This document shows, piece after piece, positions 10,851 through 24,479 of a stretch of 64,000 nt of DNA. How positions within the stretch are numbered: the stretch's first letter is position 1; every line of letters starts with the position of its first letter. The notes beneath the pieces are model-generated. The model worked only from the letters and a program-made list of their open reading frames with translations, did no database searches and had not been told where the DNA came from. The translations under genes were made by a program, and so were the position numbers. Source of the DNA: Lama guanicoe. Its lineage: Eukaryota. The stretch covers positions 1,191,015 to 1,255,014 of the forward strand of contig MU054049.1 of NCBI GenBank assembly GCA_013239625.1, read 5' to 3'.

Positions 10851-13800
10851 CTAAGCTCTAGTGTGCAGGTGCAGTAGTGGGGCTGGGGCATTTCATGATG
10901 CTTCCAGGGAGAACCCTGCTACCACTGGAGATCCCACAGTGCCTGGTCTTGGTCCTGCAGGAAGTCTATAAGTTTCAAGTGAAACCTTGATCAGAAAATC
11001 TTTCTGCCCAAGAGAGCACAGTGTGCCCTCCTGTGGCCACAGATGTGATAGTGCAGTACCAGTCCAGGAGCAGGCAGGAGGGGGAAGCTGCACCCCTGAG
11101 CCACGGACAGCCGCCCCAGGACACCAGGTGAAGCCAGCAACCTGGATCTTGCCAGGCATTGAACAAATGGTGAACAGTCATATTTTGCAGAAGCTAAAGT
11201 TAATAAGAGCTGTGTCTGTCTATTCTATGGAAGGCACTGTAAAAAGGGTCTGACATCCACAATCTCTGACCTCCCAGATGGGAAAATGAAGCCTCACGTT
11301 GAAGGTCAATCAAGCCAGATCCACGATGGCCGCCCCGGGCTTCAATCAGCTCTCCAAAGAGACGGTACCAGAGAGCGCATTTTCAGTCTGTACTCAATCC
11401 AAGCGCTCAAAGCGCTGTCCCGCTGGGAGAGGGGCCAGCCTGAGTGCTGGGGTCCTGGAGGCAGCAGCAGTGACTGTGCCCAACCAAGACCAAGGGCCAT
11501 CCTGACTCAAGATCGGGCAGAGAAGGAGGGGAGATGTTTCTGTCCCCAGGATTGTCTGAAATAAACAGCTGACAAAACGGAGGTGCGGGTGGGTGGGCCA
11601 GCCATGTGGGAATTCTGTGCCTCCACTCTATAGCTAAGAGTGTTTGGGAGGAGGGAAAAAAAAGATAAAAAAGCCTAAACTGCACTGATCCCACCAAGGA
11701 ACATAAAATGAAGAACCGTAGACCCAGGCACGCTTTGCTTTCATAGCTAAACGTAAGCTCAGAGCATCCTCCTGCTGAACCACCACGCCAGTGCAGGAGC
11801 CTCACGCCTCCGTCAGTACCCACCTCTCTCTGGGCTACGCCAGAGGGGATGCTAATCGCTCCCACTGAGGGGCACACAGACATCCAACCTTCACCTCCCA
11901 GACACCAGGTGTTTCCCCGGTTCAGGCAATCTTTGAGCCTCCACGTTATGAACTCTGAACTACGCCTCCTTGGTGTCTGTTTAATCCCATTTCCTGCTGG
12001 ATGAGCAGGGGCTCCTCGTCCCAGCACAAAGCTGTTCGTCATGCCCTGCAGAAGGATTCAGTGTGGCCTGAACTGGGTTGGCTGGGATGTCAAATGTGGT
12101 CGGTCAGGCAAGGATCCCAACGCAGGAAGCCCTCTGCAGGCGGGCAGGGCTGAGGAAGGTGTGCGATCTGGTCCTGCCAGCATCCTTCCCGGCCTGCTTC
12201 CCGGAGCCGTCTCCCAGGCCCTTCTTGCTCCACGTCGTCTTTGAAGGTCATTGCTTCTGCTGATGCACTTTACCTTCAGAACCGTCCATGTGCTTCCTTT
12301 CCCGCTGCCTACATACCTCAGTTCTGAGCAGGTGCCCCCTACCAACAGGAAGTCAGCTGCCACTGATAAATGCCAAGGACTTGTGCAAACTGGGCGAATT
12401 TCCCGACATCTCGCTCTGGGCTTTTGAAAGTGCTCCATGGGCTTCCCTTGCCACTGGAACACACAAAGTCAATCAACAGCACACGCCAGGGGCTGCAGAA
12501 AAGCTGCAGAACTTCGCTTTCCAGGTGGACTCCCTTGAAATGACTCTTTTTCATAAATGAGTGATACATGTCAAGCACATAGAACAGTGTCTAGTATGGA
12601 GGGAGCCCTCAACGGGCGTGAGCTATTATGATCTGACCAGCATTATTATCATCACTATTGTGGAATCAGCTCTTGGAGTCCTTGAATAGGGAGCGGACAT
12701 GGCAGAGTCCTGGGGAAACTGTACCAGAGCTGGTGCAGCCAGAAGGAATCCGCAGACCCTTAGGGGGTCTTAATGCATTATTTCCCGCTGCTTCCATCCT
12801 GCGTATGATCCTTCTGCACACAATGATGCTGTGAACAGCATCAGAATAAAAGCTGCTCCTTCGTGAAGGAGTTGCCATGGCATCTCCCTGTCCACAGCCC
12901 CACCATGGCCTTTAATTGTAACAGTTCACATCCCCCCAAGAGGTTCTGCTGGGACTCACTGGGAGAGCGCTTCCTTTGCAGTCCCTGCCAGCTTCACAAA
13001 GTCTGCACGGAGGTCTGGCCAGGCTCGTGGTTTTGCTGGTAAGTTTAACATCTGATTGCCAGCTAGGAAGATCGGGAGGCACTTCATTAATATTTAGTGG
13101 TTCCATGTGTGTTGGTCTTGGGTCGTAAGAATAATGGTAAGGAGAGGTCACTGGGGTGACTTGCCCAGCACCCCCTCCCACCTCCAACCCCTTGCCCACC
13201 CAGGGTTGAAGGCACATGTTTGGGTGGGATTGACCCTAACCCCCGCTCAGCACAATCTTTTCCTCTGGCCACAGTGCTTGGTTCAGGCTGGTCCCGTAAC
13301 AGCGAGGTGCACCTGTGTTTGGCGGTTAGGAAGCAAGATGACTCCTTCACGAGCCCAGGGTGAAGGCACGTGCTGCCTGCACGTCGTCAGCTCCAGGAGA
13401 AGAGCCGGGAACAGAAGCCACCACCCCAACCACCCCATGTCCCCTGGATCGAGCCGCCCTGAGGCCCACCCACGGCAGCATCCCCAGTCAGGTGAGCCAG
13501 CCAAGCCCCTGGCCAGGTAAGACTACCTGAGCTGGCTTTTCTGTCACCTGCAATTAAAAGGTTCGTAAATAGTACAGACGGCTGGTCACCCATCTAACCA
13601 TTGGCAGTTTTATTCACATTCTTAGTCTGGGGAGATTAATTTGTGCCTTGCAGGGTTTTTATGAGGATTAGAAATAACTCGCATTAAGCCTTCCACCGCA
13701 GAGGTGCACGGGCAGCCCGTGAGCAGTCACGGGGACTCAGCCCACGGCCGCTCTCCTCTCACTGAATCCTCACGATGTCCCTGAGCCACAGGGACAAGGA

Positions 13801-14749
13801 CGCGTTTGTGCCCATTTTGTGGAGGGTGAAACACTCCCGGAGAAGCTGAGTGACTGGTCCACCATCACCAAGATGCTGGGTGGCACGGCTCGAACTTACA
13901 CTGAAACCAGGTGGAACGTTCTTCAGGAATAACAACCAGGCCCCAGTGCACAGGCCCTCCCTCCTCATGACTGTCTCCGTCCAGCGGGTTTTGGAAGAAG
14001 GAAGCTGAGCCTGAGCCCCGGGGGTGGGGTGAAGACCAGATGTCCCAGCAGCAGCGTCAGGGGTGGAGGAGGGAGGCCAAGGGACACACACCCGAGTCTG
14101 CCGTCCCTGCCCGGCCACCTTGCTTGCTCAGGTGAATGTAGACAGAGGGGACGACACCCACAAATCGATGCCTGTGACCAGAGCCCGCTGGACTTTTCAA
14201 AGCCGAGGGATGCAGGGCAGCGGCGGCCAGCCCCAGCATCCATACCCTTCCCACCGCTCCTTCCATTGCCCTGACTTTTCCGCAGTGTCTACTCCGTGTT
14301 TATTTGTGTGAAAGCTCTCACAATCAGATCCAAGCTTCCAGGCACACCTGGGCTAGTGCATGAGCACTGGCACCCCTCGCTGTCCCTCCTGTCACACTGG
14401 CCAGGACACCGCACCATCATCCACTCTCCCTGTGCTGCCCTCCCCCATCCCTCCTCTCCTGGAACGCTCGAACTCATCCTTCAAGACTTGGCCCAAATTT
14501 CACCCCCAGGAAGCCTTCCCTCCCACCGCTGCCCCCTGACACAGGGTTACGGGCGCCCCCTGTGGGTGCCCGTGACAGCTCCGTGGGCGTCCCATGATGC
14601 TGCCACGCTTTTGTTTCTCTGGGTCTCCTGCTAGATGCAGACCTCAACGGCCTGGGCTGTGTGTTATTCCATCCTTGTTCTGTGGGCCTTACAAACTGTC
14701 CTATGTAGAAAAATCACACAGAAATACTGACTGAATAAGAAGAGAACCA

Positions 14750-14945
14750 CTTACACAGGGCTCACCATTACCTGTTGGAATCACTTTACACACTAACTCA
14801 GGAAATCCTCCCAGCAATGCTACATACTGGGCTATTAGTGCCCCAATTTATCAGAGAGGTTGAAAAATTAGCTACAGGCACACAGCAATCAGAGCCTGGA
14901 TATGAACCAAGGCAGCACGGCCGCAGAACCTTTCACCATCACAGG
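14750..14945 (-). mobile_element. MIR SINE fragment
   Basis: ctattagtgccccaattt...cacagcaatcagagcctggatatgaaccaaggcag. Confidence 0.6.
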
Positions 14946-15406
14946 GGCTTGCCTTTTACAGACGGAATAAACGTTCTGTAACGTTACTACTGCTATTCGA
15001 AATTATACAAATGAAGCAAGTAGTGATACACCTAAGCTCTGAGCACATATCTTCCGCTTCTCTTTGAAATCAAATCTCTGTCTTCCAAGATCCTGAACAA
15101 TACAACTATTAATTAAATCCCGTACTTCGATTGTGGGGGTATGTTTAAAAATCCCTGATGGTTCAGAAAAGACTGAAAAATGCTGTAAACTAAGCTCACA
15201 AACCACAGAAAAGCTGTGCCTGTAATTTATCCAACATATAAATAGTCCGGGCACCTGACTCTTTATACCTGAGGAGGCGGATGCACCAGAAAACTTGGAA
15301 AATTTCAGCTGTAACTGCTATCTGTACAGGTAATCCAATGTCCACTTTAATTTCACCCATTTGCAAATATTTCATTATCTCCAACCCAGAAGAAGAGGTC
15401 AAGCAA

Positions 15407-16068
15407 GTCTACAAACGATAAACGCTGGAGAGGCTGTGGAGAAAAGGGAACCCTCCTACACTGTCGGTGCAAATGTAGTTTGGTGCAGCCACTATGGAGG
15501 ACAGTACGGAGATTCCTTAAAAAAACTAAAAATAGAGTTACCACATGATCCAGCAATCCCACTCCTGGGCATATATCCAGGGGGGACTCTAACTCGAAAA
15601 GATGCATGCACCCCAATGTTCATAGCAGCACTATTTACAATAGCTGAAGATTGTCATGCTAAGTGAAGTAAGCCAGAAAGAGAAAGAAAAATATCCTATG
15701 GTAGCACTTATATGTAGAATCTAAAAAAATATGAGACAAATGAACTTATTTACAGAACAGAGACAGACTCACAGACAGAAAACAAGCTTATGGTTACCCA
15801 GGGGGAAAGGGGGGGTTGGAGGGATAAATTGGGAGTCTGGGATTTGCAGACACTACTACATATAAAATAGATAAACAACAAGGTCCTACTGTGTAGCACG
15901 GGGAACTATATTCAATACCTTGTAATGGCCTATAATGAAAAAGAATATGAAAAGGAACATACATATATATGTATAACTGAATCACTATGCTGTATACCAG
16001 AAATTAACACATTGTAAACCGATTACACTTAAATTTTTTTTAATTTAACATTTTTAAAAAATTTTAAA
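15407..16068 (+). mobile_element. Young L1 3' end (ORF2 C-terminus + 3' UTR) with internal deletion
   Basis: ORF2-like translation ([15 protein letters not shown]...[18 protein letters not shown]). Perfect 17-bp TSD aagaagaggtcaagcaa at 15390-15406 and 16069-16085. Confidence 0.95.
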
Positions 16069-18130
16069 AAGAAGAGGTCAAGCAAAAGGGCAGGAAACGT
16101 ACTGGCAGGAATTGCCTGTTTGGTGCCCCCATCCATCCCTTCGACAACCTTCCTGAACTTGACCTACAGGAAGGAAGGCATCGGAGTGCACTGAAGATGT
16201 GTCGTAGTGTGGAAACACATGATAACTCTATGTAATTGGTGGCATTTCATTTCAAATCTGATTTTCCAGGACTTTGGGGTACAGTTTCGTACTGCTCTCA
16301 GGGCTGTTTGCCCCAGTTAGGGCATGTTTAAAATCTTGCAGAATCCCAAGATGCTCACTAAGGCCCAGCTCTCTGCTCCAGGAGCGAGCACTTTGCCGTG
16401 GGAAAGGAACGGCCCCCTAGGCCCAAAGGTCAGGGCCACTCCTCCCCGGAGATGGCAACTTCTGTTCAGGGCTGACACACATTCAAGATGAGACTTGTTT
16501 TCCTTCAGTTTGAACTTCTCTCAGTAAGTCATAGAATTCCCTAGAGTCCCCAGGTTCTGTCTCTTGGCAAGGCCCCTCTCTCAGTGACCGCAGCCTCAGC
16601 GCCAATGTGCGGCCTCTGCCTGAGGGTCCCTCCCCGTTCCTGGCATCTTGCCCTGGTCCTCTGCTCTCTGCCCAGGCTCCCTTAGGAGGAAGTGGTCAGA
16701 GGACAGAGAAGGACACTGGTCCCCATCATGGTTTGGGACTCCAGGGTCCCAGCCATAGCTCAGATGATAGACGGGGTGTCTGGGAGCAGAGATGGGAGCA
16801 GGGATGGGAAAAAAAATGCCTGGGCTGCAGAGACAGAGCCAGTTAACAGGGCAAGGATGGGCCAGTTCACAGGGTATGGGCTGCACTAAGTTAAATCAGC
16901 ATGAGGTTCTAATCAGAGGGATGAATGCAAGATGGGAGGGTGCCCACTACCCGGTCTGAGGGGGCGGGCCTGGCCCCTGCAGGGTCTGGGGTGCAGTGGA
17001 GCAGAGCCAGGCTTTCCAGAGGCAGGTCTGTGGGCTGGCGGCACATCCTCACTGAGGTTCCAGCCTCGGCACCAACTCAGAATACGCGCAACTGAGGGGG
17101 AAGTCCAGGGCATGGAAGGAAGCGGGGTCCAAACTCCCAGCGCTGCAGGCTAACAGAAGGCCAGACACGAACTCAATCACAGCACACCTCTGACCACCCC
17201 AGTCATAATCTCCCTCCACATCTGAAATGCCAGTCCTCAGAGCCTTTTGGGTGGGGCATAAGCTTTAAAAAAGAAACAAATAGCTTAACTGAGGTATAGT
17301 TTACTCCCCCATAAAATTCACAGATCATAAGTACACAATTCAATAATTTTTAGTAGATTTATAAAGTTGTGCAACCATCACAATACAGTTTCAGAACATT
17401 TCTATCACCCCAAAAAAGTTCCCTCTTGCCCATTTAAAGTCAATTCCTATCCCCTCTCTCACCCCTCAGCAACTAATAATCGACTTTCTGTCTCTATACA
17501 TTTACCTTTTCTGGACATTTTAAATAAGCGGAATCCGACTTATGTATGTATGTAATTTTTCGCATCTGGTTACTTTGACTTAGCTTGATGTTTCTGCAGT
17601 TCATCAAAGTTGTAGCATAGATCAGCAGTGTGTTACTTTTTATGATCAAATTGTATTGTGTTGAATGAAGTAATACATGTTTATCCATTTACCAGTTGAT
17701 GGATAGATTTAGATTGTTTCCAGCTTCTGGTGATTATGAATAAAGCAGCTGTGAACAACCACGTGCATGTCTTTGCGTGGACATATGTTTTCATCTCTTT
17801 TAGGATCGATTCCTATCACTCAAATTGCTGGGTCATATGGTAAGTCTATGTTTAGTGTTTTAAGAAGTCACCAAACTGTTTTTTTTCCAAAGTGGCCACA
17901 CCATTTTACATTCCCACCAGCAGGGTACAGGGTTCCAGTTTCACCACAACCTGGCCAATGCCTGACATCGTCTTTTTTATTACAGCCATGGTACTGGGTG
18001 TTTAGTGGCATCACACTTTGGTTTTATTTGCACTTCTCTAATGACTAATGATGTTGAACATATTTGCATGAACTTGTTAGCCATTTATATATCACCTTTA
18101 GGGAAATACCTATTCAAATCTTTTTTGTCC

Positions 18131-18602
18131 ATTTTTTTATTGAGGTATAGTTGATGTATAATATTATATAAGTTTTAGGTATACAGCATAGTGATTCACA
18201 ATTTTTGAAGGATCTACTCCATTTATAGTTATTATAAAATATTGCCTATATTCCCTACTTTGTACAATATATCCCTGTAGCTTATTTATTTATTTTATAC
18301 ATAGCAGTTTGTAGGCTTTTAATCCCCTCCCCACTTTGTGTCCCTCCCCCTCCCTCTCCCCATTAATAACCACTAGTTTGTTCTCTTTATCTCTGACTCT
18401 GTTCTATTTTTGTTATATTTGCTAGTTTATTTTTTAGATTCCACATGTAAGTGATATCATACAGTATTTATCTTTCTCTGTCTGAGTTATCTCACTTAGC
18501 ATAATACTCTCCAAGTCTATGCATGTTGCTGCAAATGGCAAAACTTCATTATTTTTTATGGCTGAGTAGTATTCCATTACATACATACACTGGGATCCAT
18601 TT

Positions 18603-18639
<37 letters not shown>

Positions 18640-19062
18640 TATCTTCCTTACCACTCATCTGTTGATGGACACTTAAGTTGCTTCCAAATCTTGGCAACTG
18701 TAAATAGTTCTGCTATGAACATAGGGGTGCATATATCTTTTCAAATTCTTATTTTCTTTTTCTTTTTTGATATATACCCAGGAGTGGAATTGCTGGGCTA
18801 TATGATAGTTTATTTTTAGTTTTTGAGAGATCTCCATACTGTTTTCCACAGTAGCTGTACCAAATTACATTCCCATAGCAGTGTATGAGGGTTGCCTTTT
18901 CTCTACATCCTTGCCAACATTTGTTATTTGTGGTCTTTTTGATGATAGCCATTCTGACAGGTGTGAGGTGCTATCTCACTGTAGTTTAATTTGCATTTCT
19001 CTGATAATTAAAGATGTTGAGCATCTTTTCATGTGCCTGTTGGCCATCTCTATTTTTTCTCT
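18131..19062 (-). mobile_element. Younger L1 3' end nested in older L1, contains (AC)16
   Basis: ttttattgaggtatagttgatgtata...ttgctgcaaatggc...ccattctgacaggtgtgagg; tccattttt at both junctions. Confidence 0.85.
18606..18637. repeat. (AC)16 microsatellite
   Basis: Perfect dinucleotide run. Confidence 0.97.
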
Positions 19063-19200
19063 ATCCATTTTTAACTGTGTCATTTGTCACGTTATTATTG
19101 AGTTATAAGTGTTCTTTATATATTTTGTCCCAGCAGCATTTGTTGAAAGGCTATGCTTTCTCAGTTTTGGGGAAAGACTTTGTGAAGGATTGGTATTCTT

Positions 19201-19629
19201 TTTTTTTTTTTACATTTTTTATTGATTCATAATCATTTTACAGTGTTGTGTCAAATTCCAGTGTTCAGCACAATTTTTCAGTCATTCATGGACATATACA
19301 CACTCATTGTCACATTTTTTTTTTTGTGATTTATCATAACATTTTGTGTGTATTTCCCTGTGCTATACAGTGTAATCTTGTTTATCTATTCTACAATTTT
19401 GAAATCCCAGTCTATCCCTTCCCACCCTCTACCCCCCTGGTAACCACAAGTCTGTATTCTCTGTCCATGAGTCTATTTCTGTCCTGTATTTATGCTTTGT
19501 TTTTGTTTGTTTGTTTGTTTTTGTTTTTTAGATTCCACATATGAGCGATCTCATATGGTATTTTTCTTTCTCTTTCTGGCTTACTTCACTTAGAATGACA
19601 TTCTCCAGGAGCATCCATGTTGCTGCAAA
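19201..19629 (-). mobile_element. Young L1 3' end of a distinct subfamily, nested in older L1
   Basis: T tail, attttacagtgttgtgtcaaattccagtgttcagcac terminus. TSD tggtattctt at 19191-19200 and 19630-19639. Confidence 0.9.
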
Positions 19630-22600
19630 TGGTATTCTTATTTTCCTTGAATACTTGATATGCCCACCAGTAAAGCAATGTGGACCTGGGATTTTCATGG
19701 CTGGAAAGTTTCTCGCTAACAATTCAATTTCTTGACTTATTACAGATTTATTCAGAATCAGCTTTTGAAATTAGTGTTTTCTAGGAAATTTTCCATTTCA
19801 TCTATGTTGTCTAATTTATTAGAATAAACTTAGATTACAAGGATTATAGCCTTTTACTTTTTGTAGGGTCTGTAGTCATTCCTTTTTCCCTCCCTAGTGT
19901 TGGTAATTGGCTTTTTTCTCTCTTTTTCATTTTCATGGAGAGTCTAACTTAAGATCTATCAGATTCATTGATCATTTCAAAGAACCAACTTTTGGTTTCA
20001 GTGATATTTCTCTTTGTGTGTGTGTACACGGGAGGGTGGGTGAGGATGGGTGCATGTGTTTCCCATGTCACTGATTTCTGTTTTAATCTTTATTATATCT
20101 GCTGACTTTGGATTTCATTTACACTTCTTCTAGCTTCTTATGATGAAAGCTTAAGTTATTGGTTTTAGACCTTTCTTCTTAAGTCTGATCCAGCCCTTAG
20201 AGCCATAAATTTTTCTCTACATACAACTTTAGCTGCCTCTTATAAGTTTTGGTATGCTGTGTCTTCATTTTTATTTAATCCAAAATACATTCTAATTTCT
20301 CTTTTGATTTCTTCTTTGACTTACTTTGACTTTAAAATAAGTGTGCTGTTTGAAATTTCAAAACATTTAGGAAAGTCCCAGATTTCTTTCTGTCACTAAT
20401 TTTTACTTAGTTCTGTTGTGGTCAGAGAGGAGACTTCACACGATTTCCTGCACACATAAAATACTTAAGTTTAAAAAGATTTGTCTTATGACCTAGCATA
20501 TGCTCTATCCTGGAGTATGTTCCAAGTACACTTGAAAAGAATATTTTATGTAGCCATTGGGCAAAGTTTTCTTACTTTTCAGGAAAAACTGCTTCATCTT
20601 CTGTGACCTGGTTGATTTTCTGTATAGTCATTCTATCAATTATTGAGAGTGGAGCATTGAAATGTCCAGGTATTATTCTAGAATCATCTATTTCATCTTT
20701 CAATTTCCTGTTTTTGCTTCATTTATGTTGAGGCTCTGTTATTAGGTCCATATAATGTGTTATATCATCCTGAAGTGTTGATCTTTCATAATGATAAAAT
20801 TCCCTTCTTTGTCTCTAGTAAGATTTCTGATCTTAAATAGCATCTTATCTGATATTAACTTAGCTACCGCTTCTCTTATTGTCACTATTTGCATGGCTTA
20901 CATGGTGTAGCTTTTTTCTATTCTTTAGGGTTCTCCATTCACCTCTGCATATGCATGGTGTCTCAGCCAGAAATACGCTTGCTCCAAATGTGACCCAAAC
21001 CTCAGACTAGTAGAGCCATTGGACTTCCCTGCTCAGTGGCTCTAAGACTGCTATTTCCACTGACAATGCTGCTGAACGTGGGCACTGCACACCGCTCCAA
21101 GTCAAGTGAGCCCCCTTCCACCACAAGAGAGAAGCTGGTCACCCTCACGGCACTCCCTGCCCAGAAGGAAACTCCTCATCAGCCAAGCTGGGAGAAGAGC
21201 GTATCAGAGCAGCCCAAAACTCCACAGAGTACCACTCTTCTTATCAGCAGTTTTTAAAGCATAAAAGCTTCTCAGGTTAATATATGCCTTTGGTCTTTCC
21301 AGAGTGCTAAAATGGTTATTTTTGTCCATTTTGTTCAGATTTACAGTTGATTTTGGGGGAGAGGACTTGCAGATCCCCTCACTCAGCCATACTCAGACAT
21401 CTTTCCTGGGCACATACACGTTTGTACTCACTGCCTGCTAAGGTCCACGAAGGCCAGGATTTCTGTCTCCTTACTTCACTGCTGTTTCCCAAGCTCTTAG
21501 AACAGCACCTGGTCGACAGTATGCTTTCAATAAAATAAATTTGCATTCTCGTATCAGTAACAGGGTTTCTTTCTAAGGATCCCAATCTCAGCAGCAGGAA
21601 CACAAAGCAGTCATGAATAAGGACTGTTGGGACTGTAAACAGGATCCCCCAGAGGTACCCAAATACATTTTTAATGGAAACTTTTATGAGGCAATTGTAG
21701 ATTCACATACAGTCATAAGAAATAAAGCAGAGAGATTGTGTGTACCCTTTGCCCATTTTTTTCCCCAATGGTTTCTTAAGAGACAGATTTTTGTTTCATT
21801 GATTTTCTCTTCTGTTCTTTGCTGTTTTCAATTTCCTCAGTTTCTGCTTTGATCTTTACTATCTCCTTGCTTCTGTTTGCTTTTTTTTTTCGCTCTTTTC
21901 CTGATTTCATGAGTTAAGACTTTAGAATGTTGATCTGAGGACTTCCCTCATTTCTAATGTAAGCATTTAATACTATAAATTTCCCTGTTAGCACAGCTTT
22001 AGCTGCATCCCACACATTTTGCTATATTTATTTCTCATTTTTGGTCAATCCTATGTATTTTTTATTCTTTTATTTCTTTCAGTATTTGAAAAATGTGTCA
22101 CTTCTTTCTGCCCTCCATGGATTCAGATGAAAAATGCACTATAATTCAAATTTGTGTTTCTCCATAGGTAACACATTGTTTCTCTCTGGTTGGTTTTAAG
22201 ACTTTTTTTCTTTGTCTTTGGATTTCATAATCTTCTCGCCACTTTTCAGAGTCCTTCTTTGTTTGTCTCTTATGTTATTTCCAGGATTCACAGTTATGTT
22301 TATTAGCAGAGAAGAGCAAGGAGAAACTGATCTAATCCATCCTGTCTGGACCAGAAGTCTCACATTTTTAAATACTATGAGTTTGCAATATCTACTCTAA
22401 CTATTGTTACCTGTGAGGTGGGTCCACCAGCTAAAAGGCTGGAATCTTAGCACATTTGTCACCAATGTTCACATTCTACAGTGGGGCATAGGACAAGCAG
22501 ACACGGGAAGGAGATCATGAGTGTTTTGTGTCCAGAAGGCATCAAAGTGGTTTTGTCCACCTGCCCATCCCTTCCTAAATAGGGGAGCCATCCTCAAGGA

Positions 22601-22864
22601 GCAGGTGCCAAGCCTCCTCCAGCAGGCATGTTGGGCCAGCACGAGCCACATGCTACCTGGCCCCTCTGGGGGTGACACCCAGAGCGTGGAATCTGGCCAC
22701 ATGCAAGTGCATGCAGAACACACATCTTTAGGCCAATGTGTGAACCAATATGCAGACCTTAAGGTAAAGAGATGAATGTAAACCAATTTCTTGGTAATAT
22801 CATAAGAAAGCAAGATAGCACAGAGTTTTCCCTGAAAAGAAAAAAATGAAGAAAACATTCCTAC

Positions 22865-22898
22865 CTGTTCTGAGGGCATTTCACCAAATAATGTCTCA
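22865..22898 (-). CDS. VSTM4: VSTM4 exon 5 (34 nt), VRHYLVKCPQN(S)
   Basis: Long pyrimidine tract, tttcacag|TG AGA CAT TAT TTG GTG AAA TGC CCT CAG AAC AG|GTAGGA; phase 1-2. Confidence 0.95.
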
Positions 22899-23524
22899 CT
22901 GTGAAAGGAAAAAGAAAGAAAGATGGTAAATAAAAGCTGCTTTAGACACATATGCTCCAGCAATTACCAGGAAACGTAGACGCCCACATGGTACCCGGAT
23001 GCTGGCACAACCCACCTCTCAGGGCTTTCATGCGTCTCTCTGGATGAGGAAGCAGAGCCACAGCAAGGACACCGCAGTGACTTGATACTGTCCCCAACCT
23101 GGACCAAGCCAGGCAAGAAGCCATGCACCCCAGACTTCCTGATTACACAGCCAAAAAAACGTTCAGTTTTTCACCAAGCCAGGTTGAGTTGGGTTCTAAC
23201 CTTTAGGGTCTTGACGTAATAGAGTCACTCAACTTCTGAGCTCTGCCTTCGTCATGAGAAAGCCCTCCTGGGGCAAACTGTCTCCACTTAGACCCTCCGC
23301 CCTGTAAAATGGGTTTTTGTTCTCTAATCACTGCTGTTTCAGGAGTAAGAGGAGCCCTTGGAAAAATAGTTTTTTTTTTGCAATGACATCCTCCACAGTT
23401 GATCTCCTTGAGAAAAACCAGATTCTAGCTTCAAAGGGGAAATAAGAATATCTAGGAAGTTATCCTAACAAATGTCCAGTCTAAGCTCAGAAGTAAAGCT
23501 GAAACAGCCACTGGGCCCTGGAGC

Positions 23525-23985
23525 TGTGTAGTAATGTGTCACATCGATGGCCCCATGGAATCACACATCACCCTTGTGTGACTCCCTCCCACACGGACTC
23601 TGAGCTCGGCCACATGATGTGCTTTGGCCAGTGAGACATTAGCCAGTGGGTCACAAGCCGAAGCATAAAAGGCCTTATGCACAGAGGTTTGTGCTCTCTC
23701 TCTCTCTCTCATTGCAGGGAACTCTTCTGCTACCACGTGGAGAAGCTTGAGACCACACGGAACGGACACAAGTCATCCCAGCGGAGGCCCCAAAGCAGCC
23801 AGGCCCCCCGCTGATCCACCAGCAGGCTGCAGCTGCCTGCATGGTCTGGCTGAGGCCAGATGACCTGCTCGGCTCGGCTGAGCCCCGCCCAACTCGATGA
23901 CCTGCAGAAGTGTGAGCAAATGCAACAGCTGTTGTTTAAAGCTTCTGCACTTGGAGTATGCTGCGATGCAGGTGACAATGCAGGC
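23525..23985 (+). mobile_element. MaLR LTR (MLT1H/I-like)
   Basis: ggactctgagctcggccacatgatgtgctttggccagtgagacattagc...gttgtttaaagcttctgcacttggag. Confidence 0.7.
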
Positions 23986-24479
23986 ACCAGACCGGGATGA
24001 CACTCTCAGCTTTCAAGGGGGCTTTCAAGGGGGTTTATCTGGTCCAATTCATTATTAGTAGCTGAACTCTTTCTGCATTCCATTTACTGAGTACCTCCCA
24101 TGTGCTGGAGAATTTATAGATGCGACAATAATAAAACCACAGTTACATTTATTGAACACATCATATGTTCCTGGCCCTATTCCACGCTTATTATGTAGAT
24201 CACTGGTCTTTAGTCTGGGTTTGCCTACCTCTGGGCACTCTTAGGAAGAACAGTTCAAAGGACATCAGTTTCTGTATCCTCACTTCCCGCGGTATTCTTT
24301 CATACAAATTCATTCCCCTGGAGCACACCTGCGGTCTGGCTGTATCCGTCTCCCTCCATCCCCTGTCCTATCATCCGTTCCACTTCATAAAATCAAGGAG
24401 CACCTCTCATCCATCCTGATTTGTACCACCGAGACCTGTCCTGAGGGTTAAAACCACTGGGCACCAAACAAGAGATGAT

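Larger units (their letters stand above)
17270..21400 (-). mobile_element. Old fragmented L1 (L1MB-type 3' end through ORF2 to 5' remnants) hosting two younger L1 insertions
   Basis: Long T-rich antisense L1 sequence (ttgaggtatag-type 3' end, attgctgggtcatatggtaagtctatg, tttcaaagaaccaacttttggtttca). Confidence 0.8.

Noticed and set aside
15361..15666. ORFs resembling reverse-transcriptase protein C-termini (also 18749, 50475, 60453)
   Set aside because: Short, frameshifted L1 ORF2 remnants in 5'-truncated copies, not host genes.
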